32,000 bases of DNA from positions 5,695 through 37,694 of the forward strand of contig JAWXTY010000019.1 of assembly GCA_044433115.1 (NCBI GenBank). The letters run 5' to 3'. The notes beneath the pieces are model-generated. The model was not told where the DNA came from. It was given only the letters and a program-made list of their open reading frames with translations, and did no database searches. The DNA comes from Opitutales bacterium. Its GTDB lineage: Bacteria > Verrucomicrobiota > Verrucomicrobiia > Opitutales > Intestinicryptomonadaceae. This document shows, piece after piece, positions 1 to 9,466 of the stretch (position 1 is its first letter; each line of letters opens with the position of its first letter). The translations under genes were made by a program, and so were the position numbers.

Positions 1-1647
1 AGTATTATAGAAAAATCAAGGAACAGAACTGAGACTATTCCTGCTAGAAGAGGCGATATTTACGACTCGAGAAATAATCTTTTAGCAACTACTACCCCTT
101 ATGTAGAAATAGGCGTAGACCCTACCCAAGTTTCTGAAAAAGATATGCTTTTTGCAGGCGAATTTGCAGATATAGTAGGTTTAAGCAAAGAAGAAATTTT
201 AGAGAGCTACAAAAAAGAGACTATGATGCGTGAAGATGGTTCTTTTGTAGAAAAGCAATGGCGTAGAGTTTGCGATATAGATATGCAAGCCTATGAGAAG
301 CTCAAGGAACTAAAGCTAGATTGCCTCTGCCCTGCTATAAGATATAAGAGAATTTACCCAAGTGGTGCTTTAACTTCACACGTAATTGGTTATGTAAACA
401 AGAGCTTTAATGCTGTTTGTGGGATAGAGCTTATGTTGGATTTTTATTTGCGTGGGCAAGATGGCTGGCGTGAAATAGTTCTAAATGGCAAAAGACGTGA
501 GATAATGCAATTTAGGCAACGTGAGCAAGATAGTGTAGATGGAATGAATGTTGTCTCTAGCATAGATATAGTTATGCAAGAGGCTGCTAACCAAGAGCTA
601 ACTAAGATTGTTTCTCAGCACAATCCAAAGGGGGCATCTATAATAATTAGCGATACTTCAGGCTTTATTTTGGCGATGGCAAACTACCCTAATTTTGACC
701 CAAATGCTTCCAAGACAGACCTTGACGCTTTGCGTAATAGAGCAATTACTGACAGAATTGAACCCGGTTCTACATTTAAGATTATTCCTGTTAGTGCAGC
801 TCTAAATGAACAGTATATCAGCCCTAATGATGTATTCGATTGCAAAAGCCCAACTGTGAGCTATAAAGGTAGAATTTTAAAATTGCCTAGCGATACTCAC
901 TTATACGAAAACTTGAGCGTAAAGGAAATTATTCAAAAAAGTAGCAACAGAGGTTCAGCTCACATAGCAATGATTTTAGGCGAAGATAAGCTCTACTCTT
1001 ATGCTAAGGATTTTGGTTTTGGACAAAGCACTCACCTTGGTTTAAATGGCGAAACTTCTGGAACTTTACATAGCGTAAATAAGTGGGACGGACTAACTAT
1101 AACAAGGCTACCTATGGGACACGCAGTCGATGCAACTCCCCTACAAATACACTGTGCTATGAGCGTTATTGCCTGTGGAGGTGTGTATATGAAGCCTCAG
1201 CTTATCAAGGAAATTAAGCCTGCAAATGGCGATGAGACTATGGTATTTAATGCAAAGCCTCTAAGGCGTGTAGTTAGCCAAAAGACAGCTTCTTTAATGA
1301 GTGATATGCTCTCTGAAGTTACTCAAAGTGGAGGAACTGCAACAAGGGCTGCTGTAGATGGATTTAAGGTTGCAGGTAAAACTGGAACAACACAAAAAAT
1401 CATAAATGGAGCTTATTCTTCTAAGCATCACGTGGCGTCGTTTTCAGGATTTTTCCCTGCAGATAGACCAAGAATAATCATAACTGTAATCATAGACGAC
1501 CCTAATTCTAGCACGCTAAGTGCTGGATATGGTGGCGTTTCTGCTGCCCCAGTATTTAGTTCATTAGCTAGAACTGCAGCAAGTTATTATGGTATACAAC
1601 GTGATGGAACAGACGGTAAAGCAATGGTTTGGACTTCTTCTCGATGA
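1..1647 (+). CDS. ftsI: Class B penicillin-binding protein / FtsI-type transpeptidase (5' end cut by window edge)
   Basis: Frame 1 is open from nt 1 (SIIEKSRNRTETIPARRGDIYDSRNNLLATT...), so the ORF-track Met at 145 is internal. Transpeptidase motifs STFK, SSN and KTGT are all present. First gene of a syntenic dcw cluster. Confidence 0.9.
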   Translation, partial: SIIEKSRNRTETIPARRGDIYDSRNNLLATTTPYVEIGVDPTQVSEKDMLFAGEFADIVGLSKEEILESYKKETMMREDGSFVEKQWRRVCDIDMQAYEKLKELKLDCLCPAIRYKRIYPSGALTSHVIGYVNKSFNAVCGIELMLDFYLRGQDGWREIVLNGKRREIMQFRQREQDSVDGMNVVSSIDIVMQEAANQELTKIVSQHNPKGASIIISDTSGFILAMANYPNFDPNASKTDLDALRNRAITDRIEPGSTFKIIPVSAALNEQYISPNDVFDCKSPTVSYKGRILKLPSDTHLYENLSVKEIIQKSSNRGSAHIAMILGEDKLYSYAKDFGFGQSTHLGLNGETSGTLHSVNKWDGLTITRLPMGHAVDATPLQIHCAMSVIACGGVYMKPQLIKEIKPANGDETMVFNAKPLRRVVSQKTASLMSDMLSEVTQSGGTATRAAVDGFKVAGKTGTTQKIINGAYSSKHHVASFSGFFPADRPRIIITVIIDDPNSSTLSAGYGGVSAAPVFSSLARTAASYYGIQRDGTDGKAMVWTSSR

Positions 1648-3212
1648 ACAATATTTTCAATAATTTAACAGATATAATTTGCCTAAAGGGGAAAGCTCTG
1701 CACTTTGCTGACTCCAAGGGGGCGTATAGGGTATTTAATACTACAAGTTTGGCAAAGGTACTAAAGGCTAAAAAGGTATCTAACGATAAGTCTATGCCAG
1801 TAAGGTCGCTTTTGGCAGATAGTAGGAGACTAACTCAAGGGGCTGTGTTTTTTGCTGTAAAGGGCTTTAATTGCGATGGTAATTCTTATATAGAAGAGGC
1901 AATACATAGAGGGGCTGTTGCTATAGTTTCCGAAAACCCTGCTCCAAAGATTTGCCCTACAACTTGGATACAAGTGGAAAATATCGCTATAGCAAAGGCA
2001 ATGGCTGCAAAAGTTTTCTATGAAAACCCAGATGAAACGCTAGATACTTACGCAATTACAGGCACAAATGGCAAAACTAGCGTATCTTGGATTATAAAGC
2101 ATATATTAAACTCTCTCGACAACAAGTGTGGCTTAATTGGAACTATACTCTACGACTTGGGAAATAGGTGCTTACCTTCTGGTAGGACTACTCCTGATGC
2201 CTTGGAATTATATGCCCTAATGTATCAAATGAAGGCTAATCAGTGCAAGAGCGTAGTGCTTGAAGCAAGTTCGCACGCATTAGAGCAAATGCGTATTAAG
2301 GACTTAGCCCTTGACTGTGCGATATTTACAAACCTAACTCAAGACCACATAGACTATCATAAGACTATGCAAGAGTACTTCAAGTGTAAGGAAATGCTAT
2401 TTCACGGAAGTGTTTGCAAAATGCCTAAGACTGCTGTTATTAATATAGACGACCCAAAGGGCTTAGAGTTGATTAATACTATAGATAAATCTATAAAAAC
2501 AACAACTTATGCCATTGATAATGCAGATGCTACGCTAGTTGCAAAAAACCTAAAACTAAGCTCTCAAAGCTCTACTTTCGATTTAACATACGAAGGAAAA
2601 ACTATAGAAAATATCACTATACAAATGGCTGGTAGATACAATGTTATGAATACTCTTTGTGCCTTAAGTGCTATTTATGCAAGGGGCTTTAACTTAGAGA
2701 AAGCTACAAGGTGCTTAAGTGAATTTAAGGGAGTGCCAGGGCGTATGCAAAGGGTAAAGAGCAAGGCTAATTTCGATGTATTTATAGACTATGCCCACAC
2801 TGACGACGCTTTGAAAAACGGCTTATCTATGCTAAGAGAAGTTACTAAGGGAAAGCTACTTGTGGTATTTGGCTGTGGTGGCAAAAGAGATAGGACAAAG
2901 AGACCTAAAATGCTAAGAGTCGTTCAAGAATATGCAGATATTGCTTGGGCTACTTCTGATAACCCTCGTGGCGAAGACATAAATCAAATTTTCGATGATA
3001 TGAGAGAAGGGATAATCTATCCAGATAAAATATCTTTCATAGAAAATAGAAGGCGTGCAATAAATTTAGCCTTGTCAGAAGCCCAAGAAGGCGATTGTAT
3101 ACTTATTGCAGGTAAAGGACACGAAACTTTCCAAGAACTAAAAGATACCATAATTCCTTTCGACGACACTAAAGTTACTGAAGAATTATTGGAACTAAAA
3201 GAACTAAGATAA
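1644..3212 (+). CDS. murE: UDP-N-acetylmuramoyl-L-alanyl-D-glutamate--2,6-diaminopimelate ligase
   Basis: Mur ligase P-loop ITGTNGKTS; DNPR motif (TSDNPRGED) typical of meso-DAP-adding MurE. Position after ftsI. The ORF track starts at a TTG (1629), but the ATG at 1644 forms an ATGA overlap with the ftsI stop and is the likelier start. Confidence 0.9.
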   Translation: MNNIFNNLTDIICLKGKALHFADSKGAYRVFNTTSLAKVLKAKKVSNDKSMPVRSLLADSRRLTQGAVFFAVKGFNCDGNSYIEEAIHRGAVAIVSENPAPKICPTTWIQVENIAIAKAMAAKVFYENPDETLDTYAITGTNGKTSVSWIIKHILNSLDNKCGLIGTILYDLGNRCLPSGRTTPDALELYALMYQMKANQCKSVVLEASSHALEQMRIKDLALDCAIFTNLTQDHIDYHKTMQEYFKCKEMLFHGSVCKMPKTAVINIDDPKGLELINTIDKSIKTTTYAIDNADATLVAKNLKLSSQSSTFDLTYEGKTIENITIQMAGRYNVMNTLCALSAIYARGFNLEKATRCLSEFKGVPGRMQRVKSKANFDVFIDYAHTDDALKNGLSMLREVTKGKLLVVFGCGGKRDRTKRPKMLRVVQEYADIAWATSDNPRGEDINQIFDDMREGIIYPDKISFIENRRRAINLALSEAQEGDCILIAGKGHETFQELKDTIIPFDDTKVTEELLELKELR

Positions 3213-3245
3213 AAAAATTTAATACAAGAATTTAATATAAAAAAT

Positions 3246-4841
3246 ATGCCTTTCTTTAAAACACAAGATATAAAAATATGGACAAACGGCACTTGGCTAA
3301 ACTTAGCTAAGGACTTTAACCTAAAAAGCTTTAGCACAGACACTAGAAGCCTCAACAAAGGCGATACTTTTGTATGTATAAACGCCCAAAGAGATGGACA
3401 CGATTTCGCTAAAGATGCAGAAAGTGCAGGAGCAAATGCGATTATAACTCAAAGAGAATTAGAGGGTATAACTATACCTCAACTAGTTGTAGCAGATACA
3501 TTGCTTGCCCTACAAAATATAGCAAAATTCCATAGGCTACGCTTTGAATTTCCAGTCTTAGCTGTAACTGGCTCTTGTGGCAAAAGCACTACAAAGGAAA
3601 GCTTAGCTAAAATTTTGTCTTGGAAAAATCCATCTTATACTGAGAAGAATTACAATAACGAAATTGGTGTTGCCCTAAGTATACTTAAGAGCGATTTGAA
3701 GTTCAACAAGCTTGCAATCATTGAAGCAGGAGTCGCTGCCCAAGGGCAAATGTCTGAGCTTGCAACTATGATTGAACCTGACTTAGTTGTAGTTACAAAT
3801 ATTGCACCTGCTCACCTAGATGGCTTTGTAGACATTGCCTCTGTAGCAAAAGAAAAGGCTCTTTTAGCCGAGAATTGTGCTATAGGTGGCTTTTGCGTTA
3901 TGCACTCTAACTTGTTGTCTTGGAAGGCTTTTGATGAGCTTAAATGTAAGAAGGCAGTGGCAATACCTATGGACGCTCCAGACGTTAAGGCAGACTTAGC
4001 TTTTAGGTATAAAATAAACTATAACGAGAGCGATATTAACATTGAGCTTTGCCTAGAAGGTGGTAATGAATACTATTTTGAGATGCCTATTACAAGTAAG
4101 GGTAACGCTGAAAATATGGTATTGGTAATTATCGCAAGCCTTATGCTTGGGGCAAAGGAAGAGTTGATTTTAAGTGGATTGCAACGTTTGCAAAACTTGG
4201 GTATGCGTAACTTATTCATAGAAAAAGATGACGTTAAATTATTTGTAGATTGCTACAATGCAAACCCAGCTTCTATGAAAGACTCTCTCGACTTTTTTGA
4301 AGTGAAATCGGCTCAGGCAACTAATAGACATTTCCTAATAGGACCTATGGCTGACTTAGGTATTGCTTCAATACGCCTACACAAGGATATTGCCTCTTAT
4401 ATCAAAAGAAAAGAAGGCGATAAAGTTGTAATTATTGGAGACACCCAAGATTTATATAAGTCTAGCCTACTAGAAGCTGGTTGGGCAGAAGAAGACATAA
4501 GTATCTTTAATACTTCCGAAGAAGCCCAAGGCTATTTAAGCGAAGCTAAAGGACATATATTTTTAAAAGCAAGTAGGAAATACGAGCTTGAAAAGGCTAT
4601 TCCTCAAGAGTTCTTTATGAGCCAAGAAGAGCTTGAAAAGCTCGCTAAAGAAAAGGCTCAAGAAGAAGTCGAAGAGCCTCAAGAGGAATATAAAGAAGAA
4701 AAGCCTAAGAAGAAAAACAAAAAAGGCAAAAAAGCAAAGATAGAAGAAGATGAAGGTGAAGAATTTCCAGAAGATTTCGACGACGAAGACTTCATTGAGC
4801 GTATAGATGTAGATAGAGAAGAACATTCAAGATTTGAATAA
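3246..4841 (+). CDS. murF: UDP-N-acetylmuramoyl-tripeptide--D-alanyl-D-alanine ligase with a ~73-aa highly charged C-terminal extension
   Basis: Mur ligase P-loop VTGSCGKSTTKE. The C-terminal LKASRKYELEKAI matches the usual MurF end (xxKGSRxxxxExxx). Position between murE and mraY. Residues 459-531 are an extra E/K/D-rich tail. Confidence 0.88.
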   Translation: MPFFKTQDIKIWTNGTWLNLAKDFNLKSFSTDTRSLNKGDTFVCINAQRDGHDFAKDAESAGANAIITQRELEGITIPQLVVADTLLALQNIAKFHRLRFEFPVLAVTGSCGKSTTKESLAKILSWKNPSYTEKNYNNEIGVALSILKSDLKFNKLAIIEAGVAAQGQMSELATMIEPDLVVVTNIAPAHLDGFVDIASVAKEKALLAENCAIGGFCVMHSNLLSWKAFDELKCKKAVAIPMDAPDVKADLAFRYKINYNESDINIELCLEGGNEYYFEMPITSKGNAENMVLVIIASLMLGAKEELILSGLQRLQNLGMRNLFIEKDDVKLFVDCYNANPASMKDSLDFFEVKSAQATNRHFLIGPMADLGIASIRLHKDIASYIKRKEGDKVVIIGDTQDLYKSSLLEAGWAEEDISIFNTSEEAQGYLSEAKGHIFLKASRKYELEKAIPQEFFMSQEELEKLAKEKAQEEVEEPQEEYKEEKPKKKNKKGKKAKIEEDEGEEFPEDFDDEDFIERIDVDREEHSRFE

Positions 4842-4843
4842 AA

Positions 4844-5941
4844 ATGCTAGAATATCTATCAACTTACGAAGATATATTTGGTCCTTTTAGACTCTTTGGC
4901 TCATTGACATTTAGATGTATAATGGCAGGGGCTTTTGCTGCGATAATTGCATTTATGATAGCCCCTCGCTTAATTAGCTACTTAAAGGAACTTAAGTTTA
5001 ATCAATTTTTAAGAACCCAAGAAGAAGTTGGCGAACTCGCTATTTTGCATAAGGATAAAGTGGGAACTCCTACTATGGGAGGCTTGATGATTTTTGCGTC
5101 CTTGACTATATCCACCCTCCTTTGGGCTAAGCTAAATACTCTAATTGTCGTTTCGCTTTTTGTATATATAAGCTTAACGATTTTAGGCTTTTTAGACGAC
5201 TACTTAAAGATAGCGAAAAACAATAGTGCAGGAGTTAGTGGCAAAATCAAAATGCTAGTTCAGCTACTTGTGGCTATTGGGGCAGTTTGCATATTAAAAT
5301 TCAGCGACTATGCTTATATAGTTGAGTCTTTGTATTTGCCATTTTTCAAAAGTCCAGTTTTAACTTCCATTCCATTTTGGGCTTTGATTATAGGCTTTTT
5401 CTTTGTGATTGCAGGCTCTAGCAATGCAGTAAATTTGACAGATGGAGTAGATGGCTTGGCTATAGGTTGCACAATCAGCGTGGCTTTAACTTATGGCGTA
5501 TTTGCCTACATAACAGGGCATATGGTAGCAGCTCAATACTTGCTTTTACCTTATATTGCAGGCAGTGGCGAGCTTTGCGTTTTGTTATCTGCTCTTCTTG
5601 GGGCAAGCTTTGCCTTTTTGTGGTATAATGCTCACCCTGCTTCTATATTTATGGGAGATACTGGCTCATTGGCTATAGGGGGTTTAATAGGGGTAGTTGC
5701 AATACTTGTAGCTCAACCTGCGACTCTAGTTATAGTTGGAGGCATCTTCGTATTAGAGACTATTTCTGTAATCATTCAAAGGTATTATTACAAGGCTACA
5801 AAGAAGAGATTTTTTAAATGTGCTCCTGTTCATCATCACTTTGAAAGAAGTGGCTGGAAAGAGACACAAGTTGTAATTAGATTTTGGCTATTATCATTAA
5901 TATTTGCCCTACTTGGGCTTGCGACACTAAAGTTAAGATAA
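4844..5941 (+). CDS. mraY: Phospho-N-acetylmuramoyl-pentapeptide transferase
   Basis: Polytopic membrane protein with the MraY motifs NAVNLTDGVDGLA and PVHHHFE. dcw synteny. Confidence 0.93.
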   Translation: MLEYLSTYEDIFGPFRLFGSLTFRCIMAGAFAAIIAFMIAPRLISYLKELKFNQFLRTQEEVGELAILHKDKVGTPTMGGLMIFASLTISTLLWAKLNTLIVVSLFVYISLTILGFLDDYLKIAKNNSAGVSGKIKMLVQLLVAIGAVCILKFSDYAYIVESLYLPFFKSPVLTSIPFWALIIGFFFVIAGSSNAVNLTDGVDGLAIGCTISVALTYGVFAYITGHMVAAQYLLLPYIAGSGELCVLLSALLGASFAFLWYNAHPASIFMGDTGSLAIGGLIGVVAILVAQPATLVIVGGIFVLETISVIIQRYYYKATKKRFFKCAPVHHHFERSGWKETQVVIRFWLLSLIFALLGLATLKLR

Positions 5942-7173
5942 TGAAAGATAAAGTTTTAGAGTTATCAAAAAATAAGAAAGTAGCTCTCTTTGGCAAGGGA
6001 GTTAGTACTCTTAGTGCAAAAAAGCTCTTGGACTTTTTAGAAATCGACTCAGTTTTTTATAGCCCAGACGACGAAGAATTTAATCAAGACAAAGCTCAAA
6101 ATCACGCCCTAGTTATATATTCACCCTCATTTAAGCAAAGTCATACTTACTTAGAAATTGCTAGAGAAAATGGGACAACTTGCCTATGCGAGTCAGACTT
6201 TTCTGCCCTACTTTGGCAAGGCGAGATTATTGCAATTAGTGGCACAAATGGCAAAACCACAAGCACAAGTTTCTTATGTCATTGCTTAAACAATCTTGGG
6301 CAAAAGGCTGTTGAAGCTGGCAATATTGGAACTCCACTTTCTGAACATTGTGTTAATTTAGAGAATTTTGGCAAGGGCGTTACTGCTGTATACGAGCTTA
6401 GCTCCTTTCAGCTAATGGACACAAAATATATAGAGCCTAAGGCGTATATTTGGACAAATTTCGATGAGGATCACCTTGACTGGCATAGCTCTATGTTGGA
6501 GTATTTTGAGGCGAAGCTAAAATTGGCAAAGCACACAGATATATTTTTAGTTGGGCGTTCTGTGGAGGAATACGCAAAGTTATATTCAAAGGACTTGCCT
6601 GCTTATACGCAAATTATAGATAGGCAAAACGCCCCTGCCCCTTTTGATAATAATATACAAAACGAGAATTACTCACTTGTTAAAGCTCTCTTAAAGAAGC
6701 TTGGATTTGATATAGAAAAACTTAGCAAAATAGCAAGCACTTTCAAATTTGCTAAATACAGATTTTCAAAGAGCCTTGAGCTAAATGGAATAAGTTTTTA
6801 TAACGACTCGAAAGCTACGAACACTCACGCAACTATAGCTGCACTAAATAGCTTCGAAAACGAGCTAATTTGGATAGGTGGAGGCAAAAATAAGCACTGC
6901 GATTTAGGCAAATTAGCCGATTTATTAGCAAAGAAGGCAAAACTATCTATTTTAATGGGAGAAAGTGCAAAAAATCTTAAAGATTTGCTCGACAAAAGAG
7001 GGGCAAAAGCTAAGATAGTATATAATTTAAATGAAGCTGTAAAAATTGCTTACGAAAATGCTAAAAATGGGGATAATATTCTATTTAGCCCAAGTTTTTC
7101 TAGCTTTGGAATGTTCGCTAATTACATAGATAGAGGAAATTGCTTTGAAAGAGAAATCCTTAGCTTAAAATAA
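5941..7173 (+). CDS. murD: UDP-N-acetylmuramoylalanine--D-glutamate ligase
   Basis: P-loop ISGTNGKTTSTS; synteny after mraY. The ATG at 5941 (MKDKVLEL) overlaps the mraY stop as TAATG. The ORF-track start at 5884 lies inside mraY and is unlikely. Confidence 0.88.
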   Translation: MKDKVLELSKNKKVALFGKGVSTLSAKKLLDFLEIDSVFYSPDDEEFNQDKAQNHALVIYSPSFKQSHTYLEIARENGTTCLCESDFSALLWQGEIIAISGTNGKTTSTSFLCHCLNNLGQKAVEAGNIGTPLSEHCVNLENFGKGVTAVYELSSFQLMDTKYIEPKAYIWTNFDEDHLDWHSSMLEYFEAKLKLAKHTDIFLVGRSVEEYAKLYSKDLPAYTQIIDRQNAPAPFDNNIQNENYSLVKALLKKLGFDIEKLSKIASTFKFAKYRFSKSLELNGISFYNDSKATNTHATIAALNSFENELIWIGGGKNKHCDLGKLADLLAKKAKLSILMGESAKNLKDLLDKRGAKAKIVYNLNEAVKIAYENAKNGDNILFSPSFSSFGMFANYIDRGNCFEREILSLK

Positions 7174-7215
7174 ATAATTTAAACAAAATTTAAAACTTAA
7201 AAAAGAGATATAGAT

Positions 7216-8325
7216 ATGAAAAACATAATGACATTTAGTACTATAATTGCAGTTCACGTGGTAGCTTTTATTATGATAGCTGTACAACCTGCTTGCACTT
7301 CAACTAAGGATAGCCCTAATAAAGCTCCTAGCAAAAAGAATGCTCCTCAAGCCAAGCAAGCAAACAATACTGAAGTTTTAAGCATAGAAGAACTCCCAGA
7401 AGGTAGCCCTGCTTTGAGAGCTGCTCCTTCAAGACCTGCTTGGACGCTCGATGCCAACAAGAAAAGCCAAGGCGAAGTTCTTGTAAACGAAGAAAACCAA
7501 GCCCCAACTTCTGGTCTATTAATGCCAACTGAGCTAGACTCTAAAGTTGAAGTTGATAGTCTTGTTAAAGACTCTGCTATGACTGAAACTTATGTAGTTA
7601 AAGCAGGCGATAATCTAACTAAAATCGCTAAGGCTAACAAGACTACTCTAAGTGCAATCAAAGATTTAAACAATCTAAAGAATAACAATATTTATGTTGG
7701 TCAAAAATTGAAAATTCCTGCTCCTAGCGAAAGCTCTAGCATAGTTCCTCAAAAGCCATTGACAACAAAAGCTGTTGACTCTAAAAATGTATATGTAGTT
7801 AAGTCTGGCGACTCTCTATCTAAGGTTGCAGCACAAAACAAAACTACAATTTCTGCTATCAAAGAATTAAATGCTTTGAAAAACGACGTGATTTTTGTTG
7901 GTCAAAAATTAAAATTGCCTGAGGCTTCTAAGGTAGTATCTGCCCCTGCACAAGCTCCAAAGAGTAGCGATAATTACGAAACTTACACTATCAAGCGTGG
8001 CGACACTCTTGGTGCGATTGCTCTAGCAAATAAAATTAGCTTAGCTAAGATACAAAAACTTAACCCTTCTGTAAACCCTAATAAGTTGCAAGTTGGTCAA
8101 GTTATAGTAATTAATGAAAAGCCTCTAGCTCCTACAGTTTCTCAAGACAAAGCTCCAGTAGTTAATCTAACTCCAGCAAGCACTCCTGCTCCTGTGGTTG
8201 AGCCAACTCCTGTAGTAGTTCCAACTCCTGCTCCAGACTTGACTCCAAAAGTTGAAGAAAAAGCACCTGTAGTTGAGCCTGCACCAGAGCCTACTGTAGA
8301 AGAAATCAATATTTTAACTATATAA
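7216..8325 (+). CDS. Membrane-anchored or lipoprotein-like protein with three LysM peptidoglycan-binding repeats and a Pro-rich C-terminus; no recognisable catalytic domain
   Basis: N-terminal hydrophobic segment FSTIIAVHVVAFIMIAVQPAC. Three ~43-aa LysM repeats (YVVKAGDNLTKIAKANKTTLSAIKDLNNL...VGQKLKIP; YVVKSGDSLSKVAAQNKTTISAIKELNAL...VGQKLKLP; YTIKRGDTLGAIALANKISLAKIQKLNP...VGQVIVI) at nt 7591-7719, 7792-7920 and 7984-8112. PxP-rich tail. Confidence 0.85.
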   Translation: MKNIMTFSTIIAVHVVAFIMIAVQPACTSTKDSPNKAPSKKNAPQAKQANNTEVLSIEELPEGSPALRAAPSRPAWTLDANKKSQGEVLVNEENQAPTSGLLMPTELDSKVEVDSLVKDSAMTETYVVKAGDNLTKIAKANKTTLSAIKDLNNLKNNNIYVGQKLKIPAPSESSSIVPQKPLTTKAVDSKNVYVVKSGDSLSKVAAQNKTTISAIKELNALKNDVIFVGQKLKLPEASKVVSAPAQAPKSSDNYETYTIKRGDTLGAIALANKISLAKIQKLNPSVNPNKLQVGQVIVINEKPLAPTVSQDKAPVVNLTPASTPAPVVEPTPVVVPTPAPDLTPKVEEKAPVVEPAPEPTVEEINILTI

Positions 8326-8335
8326 TTTAGAGATA

Positions 8336-9466
8336 ATGGCTAAAAAAAAAGCTGAGCACTTTGGGTTTTTTAGCTCTTGGATTACAGTTTTAATACCTGT
8401 CATTTTCCTAACAGGCTTAGGGCTTTTAACCCTAATTAGTGCAGCATCTTATGCAGAGAATACTTTGATGTTTTTCGACAAACAAGCAAAGTGGCTCGTC
8501 CTTGCTGTGCTAATGTCTATAGGGGCAGCGTTTATAAATTTAGAAATACTCAAAAAGTGCTTTTGGGTATTTTTACTTTTATCTATACCCCTGCTCATAG
8601 TAGTTTTAATACCTCAACTAGTAGAGCCTATCAATGGAGCAAGACGCTGGATAAAAATAGGCTCATACACTATTCAGCCTAGCGAATTTTCAAAAATTGC
8701 CCTAGTTATTACTATGGCGTTTTACCTACAAAAAAACCAACGCTATATAAAGACTTTCTGGCGTGGGCTAATTTTCCCATTGTGCATATTTGGAATGTTT
8801 TCTGCTTTAATTATCTTAGAACCAGACTATGGAACTTCGGTACTTTGTGCTATAGTTGGGCTTTCTCTATTATTTTTAGCAGGCACAAAATTTATATATC
8901 TAGTAGGAACGTGCATATTGGGATTTTTGGGCTTGGCTGTTATGATATTTTTAAACCCAGTTCGCTGGGCAAGGCTAATTAGTTTTACAGACGTAGAAGC
9001 GAATAAACTTGAGGGGACTTATCAGCTAAACCAAGCCCTAACTGGCTTTGGAGCTGGTGGAATTAGTGGTGCAGGTCTTGGACAAGGTAGCCAACAGCAA
9101 TACTTTTTACCTGAGGCACACACAGACTTTATCTTTGCAATAGTGGGCGAAGAGCTTGGACTATTAATGACACTATCTGTGGTTTTCGCCTTCTTTTTCC
9201 TATTTGTATACGTATGCACAAAGCTAAAATATGCACAAAATCTCTTTGAATTATACCTTGCTATAGGGGCGATGTTGATGATTGTTATGCAGTCTATATT
9301 CAATATGGGAGTTGTTACTGGCTTGTTCCCAACGAAGGGTATATCGCTACCTTTTGTCAGCTATGGGGGGTCGAACTTGGTTGTGATGTTTGTCTTTGTG
9401 GGACTAATTTTAAATTGTCTACGAAGTTGGCGTAACCCTCAACAAATAAAGGCTAAAGAACTATGA
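8336..9466 (+). CDS. ftsW: SEDS-family peptidoglycan polymerase FtsW
   Basis: Polytopic membrane protein with SEDS motifs PEAHTDFIFA and LPFVSYGGSN. Located between murD and murG. Confidence 0.9.
   Translation: MAKKKAEHFGFFSSWITVLIPVIFLTGLGLLTLISAASYAENTLMFFDKQAKWLVLAVLMSIGAAFINLEILKKCFWVFLLLSIPLLIVVLIPQLVEPINGARRWIKIGSYTIQPSEFSKIALVITMAFYLQKNQRYIKTFWRGLIFPLCIFGMFSALIILEPDYGTSVLCAIVGLSLLFLAGTKFIYLVGTCILGFLGLAVMIFLNPVRWARLISFTDVEANKLEGTYQLNQALTGFGAGGISGAGLGQGSQQQYFLPEAHTDFIFAIVGEELGLLMTLSVVFAFFFLFVYVCTKLKYAQNLFELYLAIGAMLMIVMQSIFNMGVVTGLFPTKGISLPFVSYGGSNLVVMFVFVGLILNCLRSWRNPQQIKAKEL

Noticed and set aside
3017-3358. 113-aa minus-strand ORF spanning the murE/murF junction. Similar antisense ORFs lie inside dcw genes (4563-4826, 7328-7528, 9022-9303, 9453-9845, 10419-10661, 10763-10984, 12009-12191, 12375-12626, 12772-12966, 14276-14629, 14992-15306).
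   Set aside because: All lie antisense to, or out of frame with, genes that have strong motif support. Their compositions are low-complexity (F/L/S/K-rich), as expected from reading AT-rich coding DNA in the wrong frame. None has signal or family motifs.
8491-8982. Two same-strand alternative-frame ORFs (8491-8682, 8782-8982) inside ftsW, and 11367-11621 inside murC.
   Set aside because: They are embedded in well-supported genes and have no recognisable motifs, so they are treated as frame artefacts.
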